Assembly: GCA_044892505.1 (NCBI GenBank)
Contig: CM097883.1
Span: 238,886,001-238,950,000 of the forward strand
Reading direction: 5' to 3'
From: Schmidtea nova
Lineage: Eukaryota
DNA length: 64,000 bases
The translations under genes and the position numbers were made by a program. The stretch's first letter is position 1, and each line of letters opens with the position of its first letter. The notes under the pieces are model-generated. The model made no database searches, was not told where the DNA came from, and saw only the letters and a list, made by a program, of their open reading frames with translations. This document shows, one piece after another, positions 49,370 through 60,958 of this stretch.

Positions 49370-50530
49370 GAGCCGGGAACAAAGACATTATGACTCATTG
49401 CGTGGGCGGGGGAAAAAGAACAAAGACACCCCGTCCCCCACCGGGGGAGGGGGGTAGAAAAAATTTATGACTCATCGATGACTCATTTCAAATTTGAATT
49501 TTATGACGTCATCGATGACTCATTTCAAATTCAAATTTTAAATTTGAATTTCCAAAGGTTAAATAAGGTCAAACCTTCAAACAAGGGTATCATTCGAAAG
49601 GTCTTGGAGAGGTCTATACAATGGTCATACCCTCGAAGGTCTATGGTGGGTGCTCAACCTTCAAAGGGTGCGAAACCTTCAACCTTTTTCAAACATTATA
49701 ATATATGTATCATTCGAAAGGTATTTGAGAGGTAGGTATGCTGGTCATACCCTCGAAAGTCTATGGTGGGTGCTCAACCTTCAAAGGGTGCAAAACCTTN
49801 NNNNNNNNNNNNNNNNNNNNNNNNNNNNNNNNNNNNNNNNNNNNNNNNNNNNNNNNNNNNNNNNNNNNNNNNNNNNNNNNNNNNNNNNNNNNNNNNNNNN
49901 NNNNNNNNNNNNNNNNNNNNNNNNNNNNNNNNNNNNGAGGTAAGTATGTTGGTCATACCCTCGAAGGTCTATGCTGGGTGCTTAACCTTCAAAAGGTCAA
50001 AAACCTTTAACCTTTTTTAAACCTTGTGTGTAATATATCAAACAAAAGGTAATTGAGATGTGCACACAATGGTCATACCCTCGAAGGTCTATGATGGGTG
50101 CTTAACCTTCAAAAGGTCAAAAACCTTTAACCTTTTTTAAACCTTGTGTGTAATATATCAAACAAAAGGTAATTGAGATGTGCACACAATTGTCATACCC
50201 TCGAAGGTCTATGATGGGTGCTCAACCTTAAAGGGGTCAAAACCTTCAAATTTTTTCAAACCTTATAATATATATATATCAAACAAAAGGTTATTGAGGT
50301 GTGCACACAATGGTCATACCTTCGAAGGTCTATTGTGGGTGCTCAACCTTCAAGAGGTCAAAAACCTACAAATTTTTTCAAACCTTATGTGGATGTCTTA
50401 TTTTATGTTTATTTTACGTCATTATTCGTTAAAGAGTTTGTAAGCGCCGTCATTACTATGGTCGGTGCCGTCGGTCACCGGGGCCCCCCTTTTTTTCCTG
50501 CGAGTGTTGATCTGATTATTATTATTATTA
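49370..50530. repeat. Unclassified element: GC-rich block with clustered TGACTCA/TGACGTCA motifs followed by a ~120-bp tandem array
   Basis: Units begin at 49623, 49743, 49951, 50071, 50191, 50312, with a gap inside. Confidence 0.85.
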
Positions 50531-50549
50531 TGTACATTATTAGTTAATT

Positions 50550-51090
50550 CAAAATTCAAATTTGGCTTGCTATAGCAAAAGCTATAGTAAGCCAAATTGA
50601 AATAATTACAAATAGAAATTTAAAAAAAAAATCGATTTAAAAAATTAAATAGCCAAGAAGTCAGAACATTATCCAAAAACTGACGAAAGTCAAAGTACAA
50701 GCGAACTTATTGTCCGAATTTATTATCCGAATTTAATATCCGAATTTATTATCCGAATTTAATATCCGAACTTATTATCCGAATTTAATATCCGAACTTA
50801 TTGTCCGAACTTATTATCCGAACTTATTATACGAACTTATTGTCCGAATTTATTATCCGAACTTAGTATCCGACTTATTATCTGAACTTACTACCCGAAC
50901 TTATTGTCCGAAATTATTATCCGACAACTTATTACCTGACTTTATTTCCGAAATTATCTAGAAATTATACCGAAACAATCAAGTACATTATTCAGACCTT
51001 CATCCAAGAACTCTGTTCAAAACTTACTAAATTCCTCTATCCCCCAATACCAACTTATCCACTCCAACTTATCCCCTCCGACTTATCCCC
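50550..51090. repeat. Palindrome plus 13-bp minisatellite (CCGAACTTATTAT)n
   Basis: AATTTGGCTTGCTATAGC-AAAA-GCTATAGTAAGCCAAATT, then about 18 units at 50700-50960; Helentron/HINE-like layout is a guess. Confidence 0.75.
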
Positions 51091-51529
51091 TCCAAATTTA
51101 AAGTAATAGTTAATATTTTTAACTTTGTAAAACTTTATTTGTGATCGTTAATTTTACCTGAGTGAATAATTAATTTTATATTTTATTATTGCGTTGTTTC
51201 TATTTCAAACACTACACAGCATACACCCCGAGTGTCTGCACACAAATACGCAAGACTCTCTCGGGATCTACAATCTTCTTATCATACTAGTTAAACTCTA
51301 ACGATATTTAGACCTATAATAACTGGTGTCAGAAGTCAACACAATACACACACACACTCGCCGTTTTTTTTTCTCAAACGTTAACGCCTTTAGCATACCT
51401 ATTATAGAGGTATAAGGATTAACGTCACTTTTAGCCGAACACAGTAGGCTATATCCTTCAGTTAATCTCATTTTTTTCTGCACATTTAAAAAAAATGAAG
51501 AAACAAAACAACGCTACACATAAAGATAA

Positions 51530-52588
51530 ATGGCATCAAACCAACAAAATCTAACAAACAATCCCCAAACACACGACTACGAAACCATACCCAATCAACA
51601 AGAGAATACCAGCTACTTTTACACCCCTGAAAACCACCACACCATAAATTCGATAATAAACCCCAAGGCAAACATTCCAAACTACTTTACAGATGAGAAC
51701 GGCACACCCCAAAAATGGCTAGAGTTCTCAAAACTAACATTGACACTGTCAGGAATCAAATCGACAAAAAGCTTATGCTCCAACATAATAGCAGCTCTTC
51801 CTAGCAATATTCTAAATGAAATTGCAGATCGAATCGACGAAATAGCGAATAGCGACGACCCATTTAACCTACTATACACAACCTTAGTAAATAGAAATAA
51901 GGTGAACAGGAGGGAGGTTTTGGAGTCTTGTCTTAAAGATATACAGCTTGGAAATGACAAACCAAGCGAATTTCTGCGAAATCTGAAAAGCAAACTGGAA
52001 TTTTTGCAACCCAAAATCACAAGTGCGGGTCAAAATGATTTCGTGAAAGACCTATTCATGAGGGCAATGCCGCAAGAAATAAGACGCATCTTAGTGGCAA
52101 ACGACTGCACAGACCTCGACAAAATAGCCGATATCGCGGACAAAATTAATGACGAAATATTCCCAACTGTGTGTAGAACATACCGAAAACAACACCCGTG
52201 GGAAAACAAACAAGAAAACCGTCAAGAACGAGTTAACCCAAACAATGATACAAATCTACTGCTGAACTCGTTAATAAAAAAAGTTGACGAGGTCCTAACA
52301 GAAAACAAGAACCTCAGAAATGACTTACAAGAGGCACAAGCGAGAGAAACCAAAAGAAACCAAATCAATCAAAACAACCGGTCAGAACAAAACCCTAACT
52401 TTAACCGTTACCAAAATAACCATAACAACCCAACAGAGCAAAAACCAAATTTTAACCGATATAATAACCCAAACAACAGCTACATACAAAATGAAAATTG
52501 GTGTTATTTTCACAATAGATTTGGAGACAAGGCGTACAAGTGCAACGCACCCTGCACTTTCAACAATAAAAAGCCGGAAAACATATAA
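51530..52588 (+). CDS. gag: Gag of element A (352 aa)
   Basis: QLGNDKPSEFLRNL, LFMRAMPQEIRRIL...IADIADKI, WCYFHNRFGDKAYKCNAPC. Confidence 0.93.
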   Translation: MASNQQNLTNNPQTHDYETIPNQQENTSYFYTPENHHTINSIINPKANIPNYFTDENGTPQKWLEFSKLTLTLSGIKSTKSLCSNIIAALPSNILNEIADRIDEIANSDDPFNLLYTTLVNRNKVNRREVLESCLKDIQLGNDKPSEFLRNLKSKLEFLQPKITSAGQNDFVKDLFMRAMPQEIRRILVANDCTDLDKIADIADKINDEIFPTVCRTYRKQHPWENKQENRQERVNPNNDTNLLLNSLIKKVDEVLTENKNLRNDLQEAQARETKRNQINQNNRSEQNPNFNRYQNNHNNPTEQKPNFNRYNNPNNSYIQNENWCYFHNRFGDKAYKCNAPCTFNNKKPENI

Positions 52589-54445
52589 AGTCACCAATGA
52601 TCGCACCGACCATTGGTGACAGCCAAACATTCACGGTGCACAGCAACGGTATTAACTTTCTCGTTGATACCGGTTCAATAATTTCCTTATTGCCGAACTA
52701 CCTCTACAAAAACACAAAAACAGAAACCACAAGTTTATGTGCAGCAAACGGCAGCCCTATCAACACATTCGGAAAACAAAACATCGACATTTCCGTCAAT
52801 AATATAAAATACAAGTGGCATTTCACCATCGCAGAAGTGAAACAAGCCATATTAGGAGCAGATTTCCTCGCAAGATACAACTTACTAGTCGATTGTAAAA
52901 ATGGGAAAATTATATCAAACAATTCAAATAACTCAACCACCAAAAGTAACCAATCAACAAAACAAACCAACTGCGACATTGGAGTGATAACAGCTCTACA
53001 CGGTGAAATAAAAACGAATGAGCAGAAACTAAAATCAGAAAACAAGGACGAACATATTCCTAATGAAATCATGAAACTGATACAAACAATGCCAAACATA
53101 ACAAATAAACTACAAACAATTAGCGAAACTAAATGCATAACTGAACACGCAATAATAAGCAATGGAAATCCTGTGCATGCAAAAGTCAGACAGTTGGACA
53201 AAAATAAACTCGAAATAACAAAGAAAATATTTGACGAATTATTAGAAAACCAAATCGTCAAACATTCTAATTCAAATTGGTCCTCAGCTCTCATGCTTAA
53301 AGAAAAAGCAAATGGTGAATGGCGTGCCTGTGGAGACTACAGAGCACTAAACAGCATCACGACACCTGACAAATATCCAATTCCTATCATAAATGATATA
53401 ATTAACCGATTCAACAAACCCAAACTCTTCAGCAAAATCGACTTGGAAAAAGCCTACCATCAAATACCCGTCAAAGCGGAAGACATAAAGAAAACAGCGA
53501 TCATCACACCCTTAGGCCTCTATGAATACAACAGAATGCCTTTTGGTTTAAAAAACGCTGCGGCAACGTTTCAGCGTTTTATGGACCAAATCCTGCGAAA
53601 CCAACGAAATACAGTCGCTTACCTAGACGACATACTTATTGCGTCCACAACCAAATCGGAACACATCGAAAACATAAGAAATGTGTTGGAAATACTCAAC
53701 AAACACGAACTAAAAATTAATACAAAAAAATGCCAATTTTTAAAAACTGAAATACAATTCTTGGGTCACTTGTTGAATGAATCGGGAACAAGACCACTAG
53801 AGGACAAGATAAAAGCAATAAAAAACTACCCATTACCCAAAACAACAAAAGAACTAAGACGATTCCTGGGGATGATCAACTTTTATCACAAATACATACC
53901 AAAATGTAGCGAAATGTTAGCCCCTCTCAACGAATTAAACAAAATAAAGAGAAATATTAAAATAAATTGGAACGAAAATCTAATAACAGCCTTTGAACAA
54001 GCAAAGGAAAATCTGAAAAATGCAAGCATCCTAAGCTACCCTAATCAGGAATTACCATACATAGTCAACACAGACTGTTCAGGACTAGCAATGGGAGGTA
54101 CCATATTCCAAGAGGAAAACAATGAAAAACGACCCATAGCATTCTTTTCAAAAAAATTGAAAACGCATCAAATGAGATACTCTACCTTCGACAGGGAGTT
54201 ATTAGCGTTACACGACACGATCAAGCACTTTCAATACCTATTGGAAGGTAAAGAATTCGAGGTTTATACTGATCATAAACCCCTAATAAATGCAATGAAT
54301 ATGAGAAATCCTTCACCGAGACAAATACGACAATTGAATTATATTTCACAATTCAATTGTAAAATTAAATACATAGCAGGATCAGCTAATATAAGTGCAG
54401 ACGCATTATCAAGAATCGAGACTGATATCAACGCACTAAACATAC
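52570..54445 (+). CDS. pol: Pol of element A, protease-RT-RNase H part (-1 frame to gag)
   Basis: FLVDTGS, RMPFGLKNAAATFQ, YLDDILIAS, TDCSG...DRELLA...TDHKPL. Confidence 0.95.
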
Positions 54446-54746
54446 TGTAATGTTCTTTGGACACCATAAATAGATGTTCATGCGTGTTTTATGTACCTCC
54501 GAAATTGTGTGAATCGGAGTTGTAAAAAGGTTGTTAGTCATGTGAAAATTTTATTATTTGTAAATTTTATTGTACATTGTTTAGGATTATGTGAAAGAAT
54601 TATTAAATGTGTAAAAATTTTATTATTTGTATATTTTATTGCCCATTGTTTAAAAGAGATTGTTAAGCGGTTAACCCGCGCACAAATTAATACAAAATAA
54701 ATATTTTAAACAAATTTATCAAAACTTATTACTAATCGATTTTATT

Positions 54747-57476
54747 ATGATAAAATTAATTTATATTTTGGAATTCATCCACAGTATCTTTACAAACAAC
54801 TTGTTGCCAGCAGATATTAGACTGACAGACATCGCCAGGAATATTGAATCTGTTAATGCTACGGCAACTTATAATGTTGAATTTGTCAATATGAAGTGGA
54901 AAATAAACGTCTTTTATTACAAATTCTTTCTAGATGTCAGACCATTGAAAGTTTCAACTAACGGTAAATGTTTGGAAGTGCCTATCAATTCCTATGGATA
55001 CATCACTACGGAGTCCAAGGAATCAATGTCGGGATATTTCCGCATCAATGATAAACATGGAATCAGCAGATTAGTTGAATCGCATGATAAGCGCTATCCG
55101 CCGATTTACATCGCTAACGTGCCAGTGATTATTCTGCCTGAAATCCCAGAAATAGTCGCCTTAGAAATGAAGGGATTTATGGAACCATCTAAAACTTTAA
55201 AACTAAATATTTTTAATAAACAATGCTATGCCAAAGTTGTTATTGTGCTCTACTTTTATGTCAATCTTAGTGATAACATTGAATTTGTTACCGAGAGAGA
55301 GAAATTTATAAAGATCGAAATATGTGTACAGAATATATTTCTCCGTTTAAAATTGATATTTAATCAACTCCCGTGGGAAATAAGGATCGAGTTCTTGGTG
55401 GATAACTTGCCTATTTTGACTCCAAAAATGTGCTTGAGTGACTTTAAAGGCCCCCGTTATCCGGTTTCAGTGAATAGTTATGGCAGATTGAGTTTAAGTG
55501 CCCAGGAATTGCTCGAACCTTTTAAAAGTGATTCATCTAGTAGATGTTTTAAGTCGGAAGGCCAAATGCCGTTCACCGGTATGGCTTTAATGTTGAATGC
55601 TACTCTCTATAGTTCTTTGACAATGATCGTCCAACATTATTACATCGACATTATTTTCGGATTGTTTGTATTCATTGTCTGTACAATATGCATTTTTGAA
55701 GGTTCTTATATGATGAACTTATTAATCTTAAGAAAATTACGATTTTATTGTCAGTTGATGTCCTATCAAGATCCGAAAGTGAATGTAGTTAGCGTATGTA
55801 CTGTACTATCAAATCCATGTGTGTATCGTTTTTACGTGGTTATTCAATCTTATGAGATCCTCCTTGGGAGATTACCCGATGGTTTCGATAGAGCTTTGAT
55901 TCGACCCGGCATCCTACTTTCCCTGTTATCCGACAAAACTAAAGTACCTTCATATTTTTTTGTAAATTTATGTAAATTAATCAGCCAGGGAACAAAGATA
56001 AAATTGATGAATCGGCAACCACACCAAAAATCTGAATACCTTGGTGTGGTTTCCGGTTCATCAAATTGGTGTCAGAAGTTACTCCCTCCCTCCAGTAACA
56101 TTTATATTATCCTAAATAACACTTTATTTTATTCTATTCCCACATTTATTATTTTTCCTATTCCTTCCCAAATGAAGGCGCTACAACCCTGGGCGGGACT
56201 AACTGAATTGACGGTACATGGAAACCACATCATAAGAACAACCGGGTTTTTAAACATTAAGAGGAAACAAGTATCACACAAGTTCCTCTTCCGGTGTCCT
56301 AACAAGACTTCCGGATGGCAACCTCTGTGTCCGACGAAGTCACATTTGTCCTCAATGTCTTCATTGCTCCTAGCAATTGGCGTCCCAAAGGAAACACACC
56401 GCCACTTCTTTGTCAAGAAGTCCCAATCGGCGACACATACCCCAGTCATCACCACCTATTTCGACATTATTCCCCGTTTGACTGGAGGAATGCAAACTGA
56501 TGAGGCTAACACAGACTGTGAAATCAGTCACATACAACCGCCAACACAACAAACAACACCAGTTATTACCCCAATACCGTTTTTCCTAGACGGCGTTGGC
56601 TCCCCACAAACGTGGTTCCTGGCACTAGAAGTGACTCCAACCTTTCTACCCACTCAATCTCAAGGGCAGAAGTTTGGTGCACTCTTGTCCATGCTTCCAA
56701 GCACTATTTACACCACATTGTCCACCGCCATTGCAACCGCAGCCACAGCAAGTGAGCCCTACAACTCACTGAAATCGGCAGTGCTAGACGCCTACCGACC
56801 AAAATTAGATCATTTATATGAGGCTTGGTTCCGAAATCAACCTCTCAATAATGAAAGACCAAGCGCCTTTCTCAAGCGAGCCAAGGAACAACTCGAGAGG
56901 ATCCAGGCTGGTCTTACCAAAGACGACGCTCTACTCCGTAGGTTCTTTCTAAAAGCACTACCTACATCAGCACAGTCCATTCTGGCCGTTGTTCCAAACA
57001 CAACATTGGAAGAACTGGCCAAAATTGCCGACAAGATCGTGGAAATCAACACGTCACCTGTTACTCCATCACCGGTAGTCGCAACAACAAGCCTCCCACA
57101 CGCCGAATTAGGAGCACTAGTCAGCGCCATAGCTGCTTTAACAGCGAGGATGGACAATTTAGACGCAAGTCTACACACCCGAGGTCGAAGTCGAACAGAC
57201 AGTCGTGACAACAATCAAAAACGACATCGGTCCACATCTGCACGAGGGCTCATATGCTCCTACCATAAGACGTATGGAGACAAAGCCCAACATTGCTATG
57301 TCGGTTGTAGGTGGAACAACCGACTTCCAACATGCCTGCCTCGCAACCTTTGCATCTATCACGCAATATTTAAGACCGAGGCCAAAACATGCTTGGAAGG
57401 CTGCCGTTTCCATACTGGTAATCACAATACCAGTAAAGTTAATCAAAATTCGTATAATAAGCCTTCGGAAAACTGA
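54747..57476 (+). CDS. 909-aa ORF: LTR-encoded putative membrane glycoprotein (aa 1-439), leader-derived linker and Gag (from Met ~56490)
   Basis: No stop across LTR, PBS and leader. Hydrophobic N-terminus, sequons NAT37/NLS173/NAT284, TM-like IDIIFGLFVFIVCTICIF (~300-318). Gag motifs ERPSAFLKR, FLKALPTSAQSIL...LAKIADKI, CSYHKTYGDKAQHC. Confidence 0.8.
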   Translation: MIKLIYILEFIHSIFTNNLLPADIRLTDIARNIESVNATATYNVEFVNMKWKINVFYYKFFLDVRPLKVSTNGKCLEVPINSYGYITTESKESMSGYFRINDKHGISRLVESHDKRYPPIYIANVPVIILPEIPEIVALEMKGFMEPSKTLKLNIFNKQCYAKVVIVLYFYVNLSDNIEFVTEREKFIKIEICVQNIFLRLKLIFNQLPWEIRIEFLVDNLPILTPKMCLSDFKGPRYPVSVNSYGRLSLSAQELLEPFKSDSSSRCFKSEGQMPFTGMALMLNATLYSSLTMIVQHYYIDIIFGLFVFIVCTICIFEGSYMMNLLILRKLRFYCQLMSYQDPKVNVVSVCTVLSNPCVYRFYVVIQSYEILLGRLPDGFDRALIRPGILLSLLSDKTKVPSYFFVNLCKLISQGTKIKLMNRQPHQKSEYLGVVSGSSNWCQKLLPPSSNIYIILNNTLFYSIPTFIIFPIPSQMKALQPWAGLTELTVHGNHIIRTTGFLNIKRKQVSHKFLFRCPNKTSGWQPLCPTKSHLSSMSSLLLAIGVPKETHRHFFVKKSQSATHTPVITTYFDIIPRLTGGMQTDEANTDCEISHIQPPTQQTTPVITPIPFFLDGVGSPQTWFLALEVTPTFLPTQSQGQKFGALLSMLPSTIYTTLSTAIATAATASEPYNSLKSAVLDAYRPKLDHLYEAWFRNQPLNNERPSAFLKRAKEQLERIQAGLTKDDALLRRFFLKALPTSAQSILAVVPNTTLEELAKIADKIVEINTSPVTPSPVVATTSLPHAELGALVSAIAALTARMDNLDASLHTRGRSRTDSRDNNQKRHRSTSARGLICSYHKTYGDKAQHCYVGCRWNNRLPTCLPRNLCIYHAIFKTEAKTCLEGCRFHTGNHNTSKVNQNSYNKPSEN

Positions 57477-60400
57477 AAACGCCATCGAACTCCCCCACAG
57501 TTTTTGATGGCGATCCCATAACCTGTGGACTCTTTTCTGTTCCCGCCGTACCTCATTCCCAGAACTCTAATGAAGTCGATGCCCCCATTCACTTCGTTAT
57601 CGATAGCGGTTCCATCATCTCATTCCTACCTAATCGGTTCGGAATTGATAATAATCAAAAAAGGTCCTTCCGGACAGCCAGTGGCGAAAACTTTTCCACT
57701 ATTGGAACAAAAAACTTAATATTCCAAATTCCTGGTCTGTCCAAAACTTTTTCATGGACATTCCAAGTCGCCGAGGTGATTCATCCACTCTTAGGTGCCG
57801 ATTTTCTTGATGCCGAAGGTTTACTCCCTGATTGCAGAGAACGCAAATTAATCCTCTCACAGCACACACCTAGAGCTCAAGTTCTTGACCACCTCTGTAG
57901 CGACGCCCTCAATGTCTTACCCGCCACACCTTGCTATATACAACAATTACTAAAGACGTTCCCAAACGTCGAAAAGAGATCAAACAATCACAAACAAACT
58001 CCCTCTTTTCTACACGTCATAGTCACCAATAACGGTATGCCTAACAGAGAACGTATGCGACCACTCGCGCCCGAGAAGCTCACACTTGTCAAGGAAGAAT
58101 TCAATAAGCTACTCGAAGCCGGTACTATACACCGATCGAATTCCCCTTGGGCATCACCCATCCATGTGGTTACAAAAAAAGACGGATCTATCCGCGCCTG
58201 TGGTGACTACAGACGCCTCAACAAAGTCACTATACATGACTCTTACCCCATGCCACTTATATCAGACGTTCTTTCGAGATTACCTGAAGCTACAATCTTC
58301 TCCACTCTAGATCTAAAAAAGGCTTACCACCAAATCCCGGTAGCACCAGAAGACATCCCGAAGACCGCTGTTATCACCCCTTTTGGCTTGTTTGAATACA
58401 AATACATGCCATTCGGTCTCCGAAACGCAGCTCAAACGTTCCAGCGCCACATTGACAATATTTTAGGAGACAAGAAATACATGGTGGCATACATCGATGA
58501 CATCCTCATCGGGTCCAAAGATGCAACGGAACATCTTGAACATATCAAAGAAGTGTTCAGGTTATTGCACAATAACAATTTGCAAATTAACTTGGACAAA
58601 TGTTCCTTCTTTCAATCGGAAATAAAATTCCTTGGACACCTTGTATCGACGTCCGGAGTAAGACCACTTCCAGAACGCCTAGATACAATCCGCAATTTTT
58701 CACGACCAAATACAGTTTCCCAAATGCGCAGCTTCTTAGGAACTGTTAATTTCTGTCACCGATTTATTCCAAGGATATCCGAGGTCACCGCACCTCTTTC
58801 CGCTCTCTGTAGCGGCCCAAAACACTCTCTCCTACCGTGGAATGACGAACTGGAAAGAGCTTTTCAATCCGTCAAAGACGCAATGTCGACAGCACAATCT
58901 TTGTCATATATAAAGAACAATCTACCCCTATTTTTAACTACCGATGCGTCCAACATTGGCATTGCTGGAGTTCTCGAACAGAACAACACAGGGTGTCAAG
59001 AGAAAATCGAATTCTTTTCACGCAAATTAACCACACAAGAACAACGCTATTCCACGTTTGACCGCGAATTATTAGCGATTTATGAATCAGTCCGCCACTT
59101 CCGCTACTTACTCGAAGGCAGATCTTTTTCTATTCAGACGGACCATAAACCGCTAGTTCACATGATGGAAATGAAGACCCCTTCACCAAGACAGGGACGT
59201 CAAATCAGCTACCTATCAGAATTCGCGTTCACTATCACCCATCTCCCAGGTCGCCAGAATATTGTAGCAGATTATCTATCGCGAAATCTTGTTGCAACGA
59301 TCACTACTGAGCCGATCTTCACTGACGACGTTCTCAGGTCTCTACCACCTTCCCCAAAAGACCTGTCATTCTTCCAAAATACAACGGTTTTCGATAAAGG
59401 CATCTACTACGACAACGCCTTATCTGGAAATATCCGCCCAATTTTGCAAGAAAAGTTAAGGCGCGAAGCTTTCAACCACACCCACAATCTTCACCATCCG
59501 GGCACGTCTGCAACATACAATCTACTACGTTCTCGTGTCATTTGGCCAAGTATGAGACAAGACGTAAAAGACTGGTGTGAATCTTGCTTAGGATGCCAAC
59601 AACACAAAATCCACCGACATACTCGACCACCCTTACATAACTTTCCAACGGGAAACCGTTTTGAAGTGGTGCATGTCGATCTAGTTGGACCTCTTCCTCC
59701 AGACAACGGTTACACACATATATTAACCATGCTGGACAGAAAAACTCGTTTTCCAGTCGCTGTTCCTTTAAAATCCATTTCTGCCTATATTGTAGCATCG
59801 GCGATCATAGAACATTGGATCTCGATATTTGGTGTCCCTCTACATTTCATTACCGATCAAGGACCCCAATTCGAATCCCATCTTTTTAAACAACTTTCGA
59901 CACAACTAGGAATTAAACACCTGAGGACTAGTACCTACCACCCACAAACAAACGGAGCTGTCGAGCGGTTTCACCGCACACTCAAGACATCCCTCCGAAT
60001 ACTTTCTACTTCAAAGAACTGGACAAAGGCCCTACCTTTTGTTCTACTAGGATGGCGCAATACGCCATCAAAAACAACAGGTTCGTCTCCAGCTCAACTA
60101 CTGTTCGGCACTAACGTCATGTTACCAAACGAACTTGTCGAGCTAAACGGCGAACCAACTTTAGAAAATCTAGCGGATGCAAGAAACCATTTCCTATCTT
60201 TGGACTCAAACCCAAATTTTTCAATGTCAAACACTTACAAACCATATATTCCAAGATCTTTTGATCGCGCAACTCATGTATGGATCCGCTCAATTGCCGA
60301 TATCGGCCTAAAACCACGCTACGAAGGACCGTATTCCCTTCTCCAAATACTTGATAACGGCACTGCAAAAGTTTCCATTAATGGAATGGATACAATTATA

Positions 60401-60958
60401 AATCTAGCCCGTCTCAAGCCAGCTTTTGGTTATATGGAAGAAGACCCCAGTCCTACAAATATCACATCGCATGCTGAGACACAAGACTTTACACCACCAA
60501 ATCCTCCAGACCCCATACAAACCCATAATCTGCAGAGGGATAACCCGACCGTCGTTCGCTTACCTCAGCAATTTTTATCATCACCGAAATTACTTCCAAT
60601 CAAAAATGAAATCACTCCATCCCTCATAACTAATCACCCCACCACTCAGTTACAAATCGAAAACCCATCACCCAGCACATTACAACCAATAGCTAACCAG
60701 AAACAAATACCAATACAGAGAACAACACAATCATCGCAACCAGATAACACATGGTTTATCCCGGCAACTATATTGGATCAGCAAACTCAATCAACTCCTA
60801 CTTCAAAATATACTCTGAAACCCATCCTAAAATCATCGAATAAGATACCCAAGGCACAACAAATTAAGAAAGTGCGTATAGCAGAATGGCACCGAACTAA
60901 AAGAATCGGCGAAAACCCAAACTTACCAATCCGCCTATCTAGAACTAACGACTTGTAA
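57461..60958 (+). CDS. pol: Pol of element B (PR-RT-RH-IN plus P/T/Q-rich tail), -1 frame to gag
   Basis: The frame is open from ~57461 and includes FVIDSGS upstream of the listed 57776 start; YIDDILIGS, TDASNIGIA, HVDLVGPLP, TDQGPQFES, NGAVERFHR, YEGPY. Confidence 0.96.
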   Translation, partial: AFGKLKTPSNSPTVFDGDPITCGLFSVPAVPHSQNSNEVDAPIHFVIDSGSIISFLPNRFGIDNNQKRSFRTASGENFSTIGTKNLIFQIPGLSKTFSWTFQVAEVIHPLLGADFLDAEGLLPDCRERKLILSQHTPRAQVLDHLCSDALNVLPATPCYIQQLLKTFPNVEKRSNNHKQTPSFLHVIVTNNGMPNRERMRPLAPEKLTLVKEEFNKLLEAGTIHRSNSPWASPIHVVTKKDGSIRACGDYRRLNKVTIHDSYPMPLISDVLSRLPEATIFSTLDLKKAYHQIPVAPEDIPKTAVITPFGLFEYKYMPFGLRNAAQTFQRHIDNILGDKKYMVAYIDDILIGSKDATEHLEHIKEVFRLLHNNNLQINLDKCSFFQSEIKFLGHLVSTSGVRPLPERLDTIRNFSRPNTVSQMRSFLGTVNFCHRFIPRISEVTAPLSALCSGPKHSLLPWNDELERAFQSVKDAMSTAQSLSYIKNNLPLFLTTDASNIGIAGVLEQNNTGCQEKIEFFSRKLTTQEQRYSTFDRELLAIYESVRHFRYLLEGRSFSIQTDHKPLVHMMEMKTPSPRQGRQISYLSEFAFTITHLPGRQNIVADYLSRNLVATITTEPIFTDDVLRSLPPSPKDLSFFQNTTVFDKGIYYDNALSGNIRPILQEKLRREAFNHTHNLHHPGTSATYNLLRSRVIWPSMRQDVKDWCESCLGCQQHKIHRHTRPPLHNFPTGNRFEVVHVDLVGPLPPDNGYTHILTMLDRKTRFPVAVPLKSISAYIVASAIIEHWISIFGVPLHFITDQGPQFESHLFKQLSTQLGIKHLRTSTYHPQTNGAVERFHRTLKTSLRILSTSKNWTKALPFVLLGWRNTPSKTTGSSPAQLLFGTNVMLPNELVELNGEPTLENLADARNHFLSLDSNPNFSMSNTYKPYIPRSFDRATHVWIRSIADIGLKPRYEGPYSLLQILDNGTAKVSINGMDTIINLARLKPAFGYMEEDPSPTNITSHAETQDFTPPNPPDPIQTHNLQRDNPTVVRLPQQFLSSPKLLPIKNEITPSLITNHPTTQLQIENPSPSTLQPIANQKQIPIQRTTQSSQPDNTWFIPATILDQQTQSTPTSKYTLKPILKSSNKIPKAQQIKKVRIAEWHRTKRIGENPNLPIRLSRTNDL

